From Octopus sinensis (Eukaryota), in contig NC_043006.1 in assembly GCF_006345805.1 (NCBI RefSeq), positions 23,374,001 to 23,438,000 on the forward strand: a DNA stretch of 64,000 bases. The letters are read 5' to 3'. Positions within the stretch are counted from its first letter, which is position 1, and each line of letters starts with the position of its first letter. Shown here piece after piece: positions 53,242-64,000 of this stretch. A program made the position numbers and the translations under genes. A model generated the notes under the pieces. That model was given only the letters and a program-made list of their open reading frames with translations. It ran no database searches and had not been told where the DNA came from.

Positions 53242-53340
53242 TACATACATACATACATACATGCATACATACATACATACATACATACATACATACATAC
53301 ATACATACATACATACATACATACATACATACATACATGC

Positions 53341-53966
53341 ATGGTGAGAAGCTTGGATTTGATCATTCAACCAGTCATCAAGTCAGCGCTTGAAGAAAAA
53401 CATCCATCTTTGGTTTCAAGACGAAAAGTGTTCTTCCATCAAGATAATAATCTGCCACATACAGCGAGGATGACATTCCAAAAGCTGGATCAGTTTGAGT
53501 GGAACACGATGCCCCACCCACCATATTCGCCGGACATTGCCCTATCTGATTATCATTTATTCCACAGTCTTCAAAATTATTTGGACGAAAAAAGTATGTA
53601 TTCTGTAGACAAGGTCAGAACAGTACTGGAGGAGTATTTTTCGTCACGCACGGGTGAATTTTTGAAGAGGGGCCTTGCAAGTTTGCCAGATAGATCAGTG
53701 GTTTTCAACCAGGGTTCCGCGGAACCTTAGGGTTCCGCCAGTACAGTCCAGGGGTTCCGTAAGAAGTTACAAAACTGCTAAAATCGGCAGTAATTTTTAA
53801 TTCTCCTGTAAAGATATTTGTGCATAAGACTATTAAATTATTGCACAGGGGTTCCTCGAGCCAGTGGAATGTTTCCTTGGGGTTCCGCTCCAGCAAAAAG
53901 GTTGAAAAGCACTGAGATAGATGAAAGAGCATTGTAGAAAATGAAGGAGAGTATATTTTAGATTGA
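53341..53966 (+). pseudogene. Mariner transposase C-terminal fragment interrupted by a hAT MITE
   Basis: VFFHQDN..PH...[24 protein letters not shown]...GLASLPDR|KSIVENEGEYILD*. Confidence 0.9.
53696..53914. mobile_element. hAT MITE, second copy in opposite orientation
   Basis: TIRs cagtggttttcaac / gttgaaaagcactg; TSD agatagat. Confidence 0.95.
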
Positions 53967-54278
53967 AAAAGAACTTTGTTTATATTAGTTTTGATTATTG
54001 AAGAGGGTGCTGAATTCTTCCAGATTTTCTAGAGATTTGGTCCAAATTAGGAAACAATCATCGAGGTATCTTTTCCATGTGTCCTCTACATGTCTTTTAA
54101 ACATTTGAAATCTGATGATTACATTATGTATGAAAGCGCTAATTTAACATTATGAGCATTATAAAATATTTTTTTAATGTTAAAATACCAGAATAAAAAA
54201 AACCCTGATAACTAGGCCATGATTTAACTTTATTCAACTGATATAACATTCTATACACATTGACACAAATTCGAAACA

Positions 54279-54352
<74 letters not shown>

Positions 54353-54363
54353 CATATATATAT

Positions 54364-54418
<55 letters not shown>

Positions 54419-54539
54419 CATACATAAATATATATACCCTAATTCTAAATAATATATTACATTAATGTAAATCAATAATTTATTAATATTTATACCCATT
54501 CTATAATATATACATAAATTCAAACACATACATACACAC

Positions 54540-54643
<104 letters not shown>

Positions 54644-54646
54644 ATG

Positions 54647-54750
<104 letters not shown>

Positions 54751-54789
54751 TGGTATCGACCAGAGCAGACTGTAGAATATGGTTGTACC

Positions 54790-55015
54790 CCGCTGATTAC
54801 AATGCGATTCCTAGCATTCTTATAGCCTTCAAATGATTCCACCTCGCATTTCTCTGAATTCTCTCTAAATGGGACGCCAGTCTGTGGGAAGGATACCCAT
54901 TTACAGCTGAGTGGACTGGGGCAACGGGAAATGAAGAACACACCGCTGCGCCCGGTCTGGAAATCGAAACTACCATCTTGCGATTGTTAGTGTGTAACAT
55001 CCTTACCACTGGGTC
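54790..55015 (-). mobile_element. Old tRNA-derived SINE related to 12905-13198
   Basis: Shared gggacgc(c/t)agtc, gcccggtctg(g/a)aa and taccact motifs. Confidence 0.55.
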
Positions 55016-55178
55016 GTACACACGCACACACACACACACACATACATGTACGTGTGTAGATACACACATACATATATATATATACATATATATATGTATA
55101 CATATATACATACATATATATATATATATATAATATACATACATATATATATATATACATATATACATACATACATAC

Positions 55179-55227
<49 letters not shown>

Positions 55228-55265
55228 TATATATATATATATATATCTATATATATATATTATAT

Positions 55266-55461
<196 letters not shown>

Positions 55462-55890
55462 TATATATATAGATATATATATATATATATATATCTTAGA
55501 ACTAACCCACCTTTGTGTATGACTATGCATTTTGCACAATGTGTTGGTCTTTAAGAATTTTTTTTTTTTTTGTTCTTGTAATACTTTGCTGCTATCAGAA
55601 TTTCAGAATTTACCACAAAAAATAAAAACTTGAGGAATGCAGGTTTATCAGTGGCGATGTTTGTTGATTCAATATCGGTTCAATGACCACGTTACCAATG
55701 TTGGCATTTATAGAACCAGTGTTGTCTACGTCAGTTCACTCCAGCTGGATACTGTAGACATTTGGCGAAGAGTGGAGGTAAAATGTTTGGAATCTTTCCG
55801 ATTCTTCAAAGTCAGCTGTTTCTTCTTCTTCTTCTTATCTTTATTTATTATCTCTATTTATTCTCTAGATTTATTATCATTCTCCCTACC

Positions 55891-55943
<53 letters not shown>

Positions 55944-56148
55944 TTCTCTCTCTCTCCCTCCCTCCCTCTCTGCGTAAATGAATGTGTGCATGAATGCATT
56001 TATGCGTGTACGTATGAAAATACATAGATATATCTCATGAAATTTTATTGGACAACTATATATGTATGTGTGTGTGTGAGCACGCGCGCACATGTGTGTG
56101 TGTGTAAATGTGCATATAGACAGACAAACAGACAGATACAGGCAGACA

Positions 56149-56189
<41 letters not shown>

Positions 56190-56261
56190 ACAGACAGACA
56201 GGCAGACAGGCAGACTGACATGCAGACAGACAGGCAGGCAGACAGACAGACAGACAGACAA

Positions 56262-56324
<63 letters not shown>

Positions 56325-56390
56325 AATAGAGATATAGACAGACAGGCAGATACATACATACATACATACATACATACATACATACATACA

Positions 56391-56423
<33 letters not shown>

Positions 56424-56569
56424 GCACACATACATACATAGGTTCCAGTAATCTTTTATACACATAACATGGTCTGTCCAACACATCTGAGTGACTGGAT
56501 GCTTAAACATCGTGTCTTTACAAGGACTTCTGTATCATGGGTTTTACTTTATCAGTTAATAGTTTAAAG

Positions 56570-59095
56570 CATAGCTTCCCAAAGTGGGAGATATCGCCCA
56601 CCGGTGGACAACTTCAACTTACAGGTGGGTGATAGGGAAAATTTCTAGAAAACAGTGGGTGATTTGAGATTTTGGTGGGAGATGTGAACATTTTGTGGGT
56701 GACAAAGAATTTTCAGAAATCAAGTCTGGATTTATCTATATCTAGGCAAGATTAGAATACGGATGCACTTTTATCGATTTGACCACTCGCATGAGTATTA
56801 AAAAAAAAAAAAAAGCGGACTTGTTTATCGATCGAATATTTTTGTTGCACACTCATTTAGATGGTTGTCATATGTGCTAAAAATAGCAGCGAAGTAGGCC
56901 TAGGCTCTAAATTAAACTTCACCACAACTTTTCTCCCTTTTTTTTTTTCGCATAATCCTATGAATTTCCGCATGTAGAATACAATTTCGCAAAAATTTTC
57001 TGAAAACTGCGAAAAACAATATAAGTTATGAGGGGGTTATATGCCGTGCATAATTCTACGGTTTCATATCAAAACACAAGTGCTATTTTCAGGATGTTGA
57101 CAAAATGTGCAGTCACGCACCAAATGACAGCTTTGAAATCATATTTCTTGACTGGATGAAAATGATCAAACTTTAAACCTCTTTAACTTTTTTTGTAACT
57201 GAGCACCTCTTTCAAAAAGCAAACACAAAGATTCAACATGCTACTCCAGAAAACTAATAAACAGGAGAATGATGGGTTGATTGCATCGTACAACATTGCA
57301 TTACTTATTCCTAAGTCTGGTAAGTCTCACACAATTGGAGAAACATTAATTCGGCCGGTTATCGAAGAGGTTTTGTCAACCGTTATGCGCGAAAAACCCG
57401 ATAACATTATGAAGATCCCACTTAGTAATAACACAATTTCTCGACGCATCGATGAAACGGCCAACGATGTCAAACATCAGCTTATTAATATTCTCCAGCA
57501 TTCTGAATATTCTATACAAGTGGATGAGTCGACTGTTGTGGACAATCAATGTTTGATGATGGTATGTGTTCCGTATTTCAGCGAAGACCTTCAACCTTGT
57601 AAGGAAATACTGTTCACAGAGAAATTGCCGCTTGATTCAAAAGATGTAACAATTTTTTACATTCTCAAGTCTTTCCTTTTGAACGTAATATCCAACTCCG
57701 TAATATTCTTGCCTGTGCGTCTGATGGAGCCCCTTCGATGATAGGAAGATACAGAGGTTTTTCATCTCTCTTAAAGCATGAAATTTCCCACCAGATACTA
57801 ACTGTTCATTGCTTGGCACACCGGCAACATTTAGTGGCAAAAAATATGAACAATAGATTGAATGATGCACTACAGTTAGACTGTGAACAAATTGAAAACC
57901 AGTCCCTTGTCTTATCGAATTTTCCGTCAACTCTGTCTGAGAAATGATGAAGACTATACTAAACTCATACCATACAGAAGTGCAGTGGCTGTCAAAAGGA
58001 AACTGTTTTACGCTTTGTTGAACTATTTCATATAATCATATCTTTCTTTGAAGATACTCCAATATCCGCTTCATTGATGGTTGCAAGGTGTGATATCTTT
58101 TTTCTTTGTGATATAGCCACGAAACTAAATGATTTGAATAAGTTATTGCAAGGAACCAGAAAAAACTCTTGTTGATTGTAAATCATTTATCACTAACTTC
58201 ATTTTGAAATTGGTGTTGTATAAGACTAACATTTGAAAATGTCGATTCCATCAGTTTCCACAACTTGATTCTTTGAAAGATGAGTTGGTTGATGAGGACT
58301 TAACTACATATCGCAAATATTTACAAACATTGCATGATGGCTTGGTGGAGCAATTTCAAGATGTTATTGTGCTGAATATTCCAAATTGGCATGGCAATCC
58401 GTTTGGGGTCGATGCAGTTGATTGAGGGGACGATGCTCATGAGGAATTGATAGAATTACAAAATGGCAATGACGCCACAGTGCGATATTACCGTAATGGC
58501 AAAGAAGATTTGTGGTAGCATCAAAGTATATTGAATTCCTACCCCAATCTGTGGAAACATCTGAAATTACTTTTGCTTGCCTTCCCTACCTGATACCTGG
58601 TTGAATCTGGTTTTAACCATGTTGGAACTTTACTTTCCCATAAAAGAATTGGACTAGATGTAACACAACAAGAAGACTTGCGGCTAAAGTTGACAAGTTT
58701 GAAATCAAATGTATCTGCACCAGCTGCATCGCACCAAACACATGGTTCTCATTAAAAAGTTGTGTTCTTTTCCTTTATAATACAATCATTAATTATTTTT
58801 GCATCAGTAGTTCTGATCAATGGTTCATTTGGGGAAAATAAAAATCAGTGTAAAAGAAAGCGCAAGTTTACCAAAGTTAATCTGCCTGCATAATATAGAG
58901 TTAACATTAGAATTTTATTCACACTTATGGCAAAACCGCATATTTAGTCCGAACGCCACTACGATATAGTTTGTGTGTCAAATGATACAAGGGGGGTTCT
59001 CCGAGGGGATTTAGTGTTAGAGAAGGTTGTGTCATGGGTTTTTTTAACAGGTGGGCGATGGAGCATTTTTTGGCCGATTGGTGGGCAATATTGCA
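56570..59095 (+). mobile_element. hAT (Buster/Charlie-like) transposon, decayed
   Basis: Left end catagcttcccaaagtggg; ggtgggcga subterminal motifs at both ends; right TIR not seen. Confidence 0.75.
57238..58755 (+). pseudogene. Buster/Charlie (ZBED5/SCAND3-like) transposase with stops and frameshifts
   Basis: ASYNIALLIPKSGKSHTIGETLIRP...IPLSNNTISRRID...SIQVDEST...HCLAHRQHL...LLAFPT*YLVESGF...HQTHGSH*. Confidence 0.9.
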
Positions 59096-59139
59096 ACTGG
59101 TTTACATTTACTTTAACTATAATCAGAACTTAGCTTAGT

Positions 59140-60170
59140 CAAGCATGCAACCGTATGGTTGCTGTTTGACACCCCGGAGGAGGCTCGCAATTTCGCGAGC
59201 CAGCCCTTGGAGGGCAACGAAATTCTGTTCCTCCCGTCGTACTGCGGGAGGAAATTAATAAGAGCCTAGGTATGTGGGTTAACCCCAGGCACCGAGGCGG
59301 GTTGGATTGAATATACCATCAGACGAGGACGGGGTATGGCGGGCCCAGGCTCTTAAATGTAAGGGTCAAAAGCGATTTTGACCTTGTGGATCCCATCGGC
59401 CACAACAGATCTGGTTTTTTCAGATTTTTAAAAAATAGCTGGTTGCAGGTATCCGGTGATACTTGAGGGACATCCCCCCAAGTGTCACTCGTGCCTGCAG
59501 CCAGGCCACATTAAAAAAACTGCCCCCAGGACCATGGTAAGGTCCTGGAACAGTCACTGGCTGCCACCTCCCCTACCCGGCCAAAGGGAGAGATGGATGT
59601 GGTTAGCCTCCTCAACCCAAAAAGGATTAAAAAGGAAGAAGGCGGGCAACAATGGTTGCCTCCCGAAAGACCCTAAGGCTTCGGGAGATAGGGGAGAGAC
59701 TCCGTACAAAGCGGAAGAGCTCCACTCTCCTGAAGTCAGGAAGAAAAGAAAAAAGAAAGAAGAACGGGTGATTGCAGGTGGACGATGATGTGCCGTCTAC
59801 ATCACCTGATGTTGTGCCACCCACAGTGGAAGAAACTACCCCCACCCTTAAAGGCGATGAATTAATTATCTTTTTCTACAAGGGCGGGGAGGTGGGAAAA
59901 TAGTAGAAGAACATAAAGAAACAGTAGATATGGCCTTCACACGGGATCCCAAATGGCTTCCGCAGATAGCTGCGGAGCTCATAAGGTTTTCCGTGTGGGA
60001 AACGCTTTAAAGATTTAAAGAGGAATGTCGCATATGGCCGGGTGGCCCTTACACGACATATGCCTCGTACATGAATGAGGCATGGGAAATGGCAGGGTAC
60101 AGAAACTCAAGCAGCATTGAAGATAATGATGGATATATCGATGAGTAGGAGGTGAAAAAGCCTCGTTAGA
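59140..60170 (+). pseudogene. LINE ORF1 remnant with zinc knuckle (L1/Tx1-like)
   Basis: LFDTPEEARNF...ILFLPSYCGRK; CHSCLQPGHIKK-(frameshift)-CP, a CX2CX4HX4C motif at 59483-59523. Confidence 0.65.
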
Positions 60171-60464
60171 GGGTTTGAAACTTCATCTTATTGCATTATT
60201 TGTAGTGGTTTATAACCTTAATTGTGTGGGGTTTAAAAAAAAAAACATGTTAAGTAAGAGGTTTAAATGCCTCCTTTTTGCAAGAGGTTTGAAACCTCAT
60301 ATTGATTTTAAAAAAAAAAAGAAAATATGTTTTCGAGAAAAATCCAATCGGTGAGTGTTGGGTTTCGTCTCTCATTTATTCATTTTATTTCATTTTCATT
60401 CATTAATGTGTTTGTCCAGCCCGCAGCTACTCTGTGTACTGCCATTATGGCAAATAAAATGAAG

Positions 60465-60895
60465 TAAAGTAACTTGCTTACCAACCACATGGTTCCGGGT
60501 TCAGTCCCACTGCATGGCACCTTGGGCAAGTGTCTTCTACAATAGCCTCGGGCCGACCAAAGACTTGTGAGTGGATTTGGTAGACGGAAACTGAACGTAT
60601 CCCGTCGTATATATGTATGTGTTTGTGTTAGTGTTTGTGTGTGTGTGTGTGCGCGCGCGCGTGTGTGTGTGTGCGTGTGTATGTGTGTGTATATGTTTGT
60701 GTGTTTGTGTCTGTGCCCCCAAACATCGCTTGACAACCGATGCTGGTGTGTTTACGTCCCCGTAACTTAGTGGTTCGGCAGAAAGAGACCGATAGAATAA
60801 GTACCAGGCTTACTAAGAATAAGTCCTGGGGTCGATTTGTTCGACTAAAGGCGATGCTCAGTCAAATGACTGAAACAAGTAAAACAGTAAAGAGT
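60465..60895 (+). mobile_element. SINE family A
   Basis: Family match. Confidence 0.88.
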
Positions 60896-60959
60896 ATACA
60901 TACATACATACATACATACATACATACATACATACATACATACATACATACATGCATAC

Positions 60960-61472
60960 GAAAATACCTACAAATGAAATTGACCATATTGAGACCAATG
61001 GGTCAAAAGAATATTAGTGGGTCTTAAAAATTAAAATAACCACTAAGTTAAAACACAACTGACCAGATATTTTTGATGGAAAAGATATTTTCCTTCGTGG
61101 AAATCAGTTGCCCTCTGGGCTCCAATGTGGTTAGAAAGGTACAAGAGAAAGAGGACATCTAGGGACCATTATTTGGATTTCGCAAATCCAGTACTAAAGA
61201 TATTCTTTCAGTTTCATACATATTATTAGAGCAACAGGATACATGCCAACCTGTCAGGAGCAGAGTATGGCTGAAGTTAGGAACTTGGGGAGAGAATGCA
61301 AATCCTTAATTTTTATGCTACAAATGATCGCGATATCTGGGACTATAAAAATCTAAAGATCTTCTTAAGATTTAAAAAGTGATGGTTAAAAGAACATACT
61401 TTCCTTCTAAACCTTGCTATCAAGTAGGTGGCCAGTCAAAATTTACTCTTACTTAAAAAGTTAAAGAGAAAA
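60960..61472 (+). mobile_element. REL non-LTR retrotransposon 3' fragment (CRE-like)
   Basis: GSKEY*WVLKIKITTKLKHN*PDI...VEISCPLGSNVVRKVQEKEDI*GPL...AISGTIKI; (TACA)n on both sides. Confidence 0.75.
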
Positions 61473-61509
61473 ACATACATACATACATACATACATACAT
61501 ACATACATA

Positions 61510-61718
61510 GTTAATCCAAACAAGAAAGCACAAAAAAACACAACAACGCGAGGACGTGGAACAAATATAGTATTATTGGACGCTCAGGAAAGAAGGAAAG
61601 AAGGAAAGAAGGAGGGTTTAACGTTTCGAGCGGAGCTCTCCGTCGGAAACATAGAAGTAGGTAAGATCCAGAGAAGGGAAGACAGAGGAAAAAAATCGCC
61701 AACGGTACACACGCGACA
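61510..61718 (-). mobile_element. PLE pLTR fragment with hammerhead-like fold (61616-61650)
   Basis: Near-identical to 2345-2555; GUUU-CCGACGG-A-GAGC-UCC-GCUC-GAAAC-GUU-AAAC. Confidence 0.7.
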
Positions 61719-61789
61719 TACATACATACATACATACATACATACATACATACATACATACATACATACATACATGCATGCATGCATAC

Positions 61790-62168
61790 ATTCCCTTGTT
61801 CTCTGATTTTGAATTCTCATTTGTACCTACCATCATAGCTGCATTAAGTTTTATACCAACAAGTTTGCATAAAAAGCTAGAAATACTCGGTTTCACGGGA
61901 AAAGAGCAAAAGGAACTGGCGCGAATTCTCCAGATCTAATCTATCAGTGGCACAGTAAAAATTTGTAAGACATTCCAAAAATTATTCATGCGAGATTCTT
62001 ATGTGAATAGGTGCACACACTTTGGTGTATGCATCGACAGTTCAATCAACACCCCGACTCAACCACATATTTACAAACACCAGGAACTTTCTTAACTTAA
62101 AAAGTCTTGTTGCTTTGTTAGCGACCGGTTTAAATTCTCTCAAGAACTTAGATAAAACTCATAGAAAA
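61790..62168 (+). mobile_element. REL non-LTR retrotransposon 3' fragment (CRE-like)
   Basis: DFEFSFVPTIIAALSFIP...LEILGFTGKEQKELARILQI*SISGTVKICKTF; (TACA)n on both sides. Confidence 0.75.
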
Positions 62169-62614
62169 ACATACATACGTACGTACGTACGTACGCACAT
62201 ACATACATACATCATACATACATACATACATACATACATACATGCATACATACATGCATACATACATACATACATACATGCATACATGCACACATGCATA
62301 CATACATACATACATACATACATACATACATACATACATGCATACATACATACATACATACATACATACATACATACATACATACGTACGTACGTACATG
62401 CATGCATGCATACATACATACATACATACATACATACATACATACATACATACATTCATACATACATACATACCATACATACATACATACATACATACAT
62501 ACATACACACATACATACACACAACATACATACATACATACATACATGCATGCATGCATACTTACATACACGTCTCAAACCACATTCGAAATAATTTATC
62601 CTGTTCTTTTATTC

Positions 62615-62823
62615 TCTTTTGCTTGTTTCAGTCATTTGACTGTGGCGATGCTGGAGCACCGCCTTTAGTCGAGCAAATCGACCCCCAGGGCTTATTCTTT
62701 TTTTAAGCCAAGTACTTATTCTATAGGTCTCTTTTGCCGAACCGCTAAGTTACGGAGACGTAAACTCACCAGCATCGGTTGTCAAGCGATGTTGGGGGTG
62801 GGGGACAAACACAGACACACACA

Positions 62824-62857
<34 letters not shown>

Positions 62858-62975
62858 ACACACACACACACATACACACACATATACATATACACGACGG
62901 GCTTCTTTTAGTTTCCGTCTACCAAATCCACTCACAAGGCTTTGGTCGGCCTGAGGCTATATAGTAGAAGACACT
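62615..62975 (-). mobile_element. SINE family A
   Basis: Family match, 5' truncated. Confidence 0.85.
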
Positions 62976-63249
62976 AGCCATCAGCTAACAGACATGTTAT
63001 TTTTTCACCTTTTCTTTTGCTGTTGCTGTAACTGGCCACGGTCCTGTGACCAAGCCAGTGGGTATACTCTACACCCGAGTGCACCCAGTTTGTTCATCTT
63101 TCTACCTTGCTGTATTTCATCACCGAGATCTTGTGTTTAACTCTTTCCCAAATCCTCTCACCTCGTAACTATTGTCCTCTTAAAATCTCTCCTTGCTTAC
63201 TATTTTCCTTCCGAGATTGACTTAAAAGACCTTCAAACTAAAATGGCAA

Positions 63250-63803
63250 CTTGAGAGCTGCTGGAGCATGGAACAAACTGCCGGCATCAGTTGTTAGTTG
63301 TCGGAGCACTGCATCCTTCAAAACTTCCATGCTTCCTGAGATTGTTAGCCCGTAAGGCATATTCTGAATGCCTTACTTCCCTGGACACATTGAAACTCCG
63401 ACGTCTGGCAGCTAACTTGGCATACACCCATAAAATTATTAACCATCTTACAAACAATAACTCTTGAGCACCTTTTCAAACTCCACCCGTGGACATATTT
63501 ACAAAGTCAGAAAACAGCACAGTTCCCATGACTTTAGAAAACATTTTTTTCACGCTGAGAGTTGCTGATGCATGGAACAAACTGCCGGCATCAGTTGTTA
63601 GTTGTCGGAGCACTGCATCCTTCAAAATTTCCATGCTTTCTGAGATTCACCAACACTACACCTGATTTTCTCCCCTCCATACACACGCAAGCATGTATCT
63701 GACTCATACACTGTTCACTTTCCAGACATTTGTACATTACTGCATATGCTTTATATGCACTTTTGACAAGTTCTGGTGCACCTGAGCACTGTATACAATA
63801 ATT

Positions 63804-63835
<32 letters not shown>
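63250..63835 (+). mobile_element. CR1-like LINE 3' end with internal duplication and (ATT)n tail
   Basis: TLKLRRLAA...RGHIYKVRKQHSSHDFRKHFF.TLRVADAWNKLPASVVSCRSTASFK; about 63252-63345 repeats 63556-63648. Confidence 0.82.
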
Positions 63836-63836
<1 letters not shown>

Positions 63837-64000
63837 GTAGTAGTAGTAGTAGTAGTAGTATTATATATCAATCTCACCATAAGGCCGGCAAATTTCTGGC
63901 AACAACTTAAAACACTCTTCGTCTGGCATATCGTGTGTGTGTGTGTGTGTATGTGTATGTGTGTGCGTGCGTGTGTGTGTACTGATTTATGCAAATAAGC

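Noticed and set aside
57238-58755. Domesticated ZBED5/SCAND3-like host gene
   Set aside because: Multiple stops and frameshifts, and transposon end motifs are present.
63000-63245. Zenon/CR1-like 3' peptide (IFPSEIDLK..FK), with a similar stretch near 44530-44590
   Set aside because: Too decayed to call from sequence alone.

Overview
This is an AT-rich, microsatellite-saturated animal genomic window with one 100-N gap (870-969). The tRNA-derived SINE families with internal (CA)n/(TA)n tracts and the repeat load suggest an Octopus-type coleoid cephalopod genome; that assignment is an inference. No host protein-coding gene could be supported, and almost every ORF in the supplied track is translated microsatellite or SINE. 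The window is mostly decayed mobile DNA: about 25 SINE copies (at least 4 families), three complete non-autonomous Helitrons, Tc1/mariner/Tigger/maT fragments, hAT and piggyBac MITEs, a decayed Buster/Charlie-type hAT transposase, L1/Tx1-, CR1-, RTE-, R4/Dong- and CRE-like LINE fragments, and many Penelope-like (PLE) remnants. The most notable signals are: (1) minimal type I hammerhead ribozyme folds in the PLE remnants carrying recurrent core variants (CCGACGA, CUGUUGA/CUGUAGA); (2) four divergent REL-endonuclease LINE fragments, each embedded in (TACA)n on both sides with the same polarity, suggesting microsatellite targeting; (3) a stop-free, ATG-less GIY-YIG frame of a Naiad-like PLE, missed by the ORF track, followed by a CUGAUGA...GAAA hairpin; (4) a 17-bp minisatellite with a 79-bp higher-order core. 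Most TE boundaries were set by eye and are approximate unless TIRs or TSDs are quoted.
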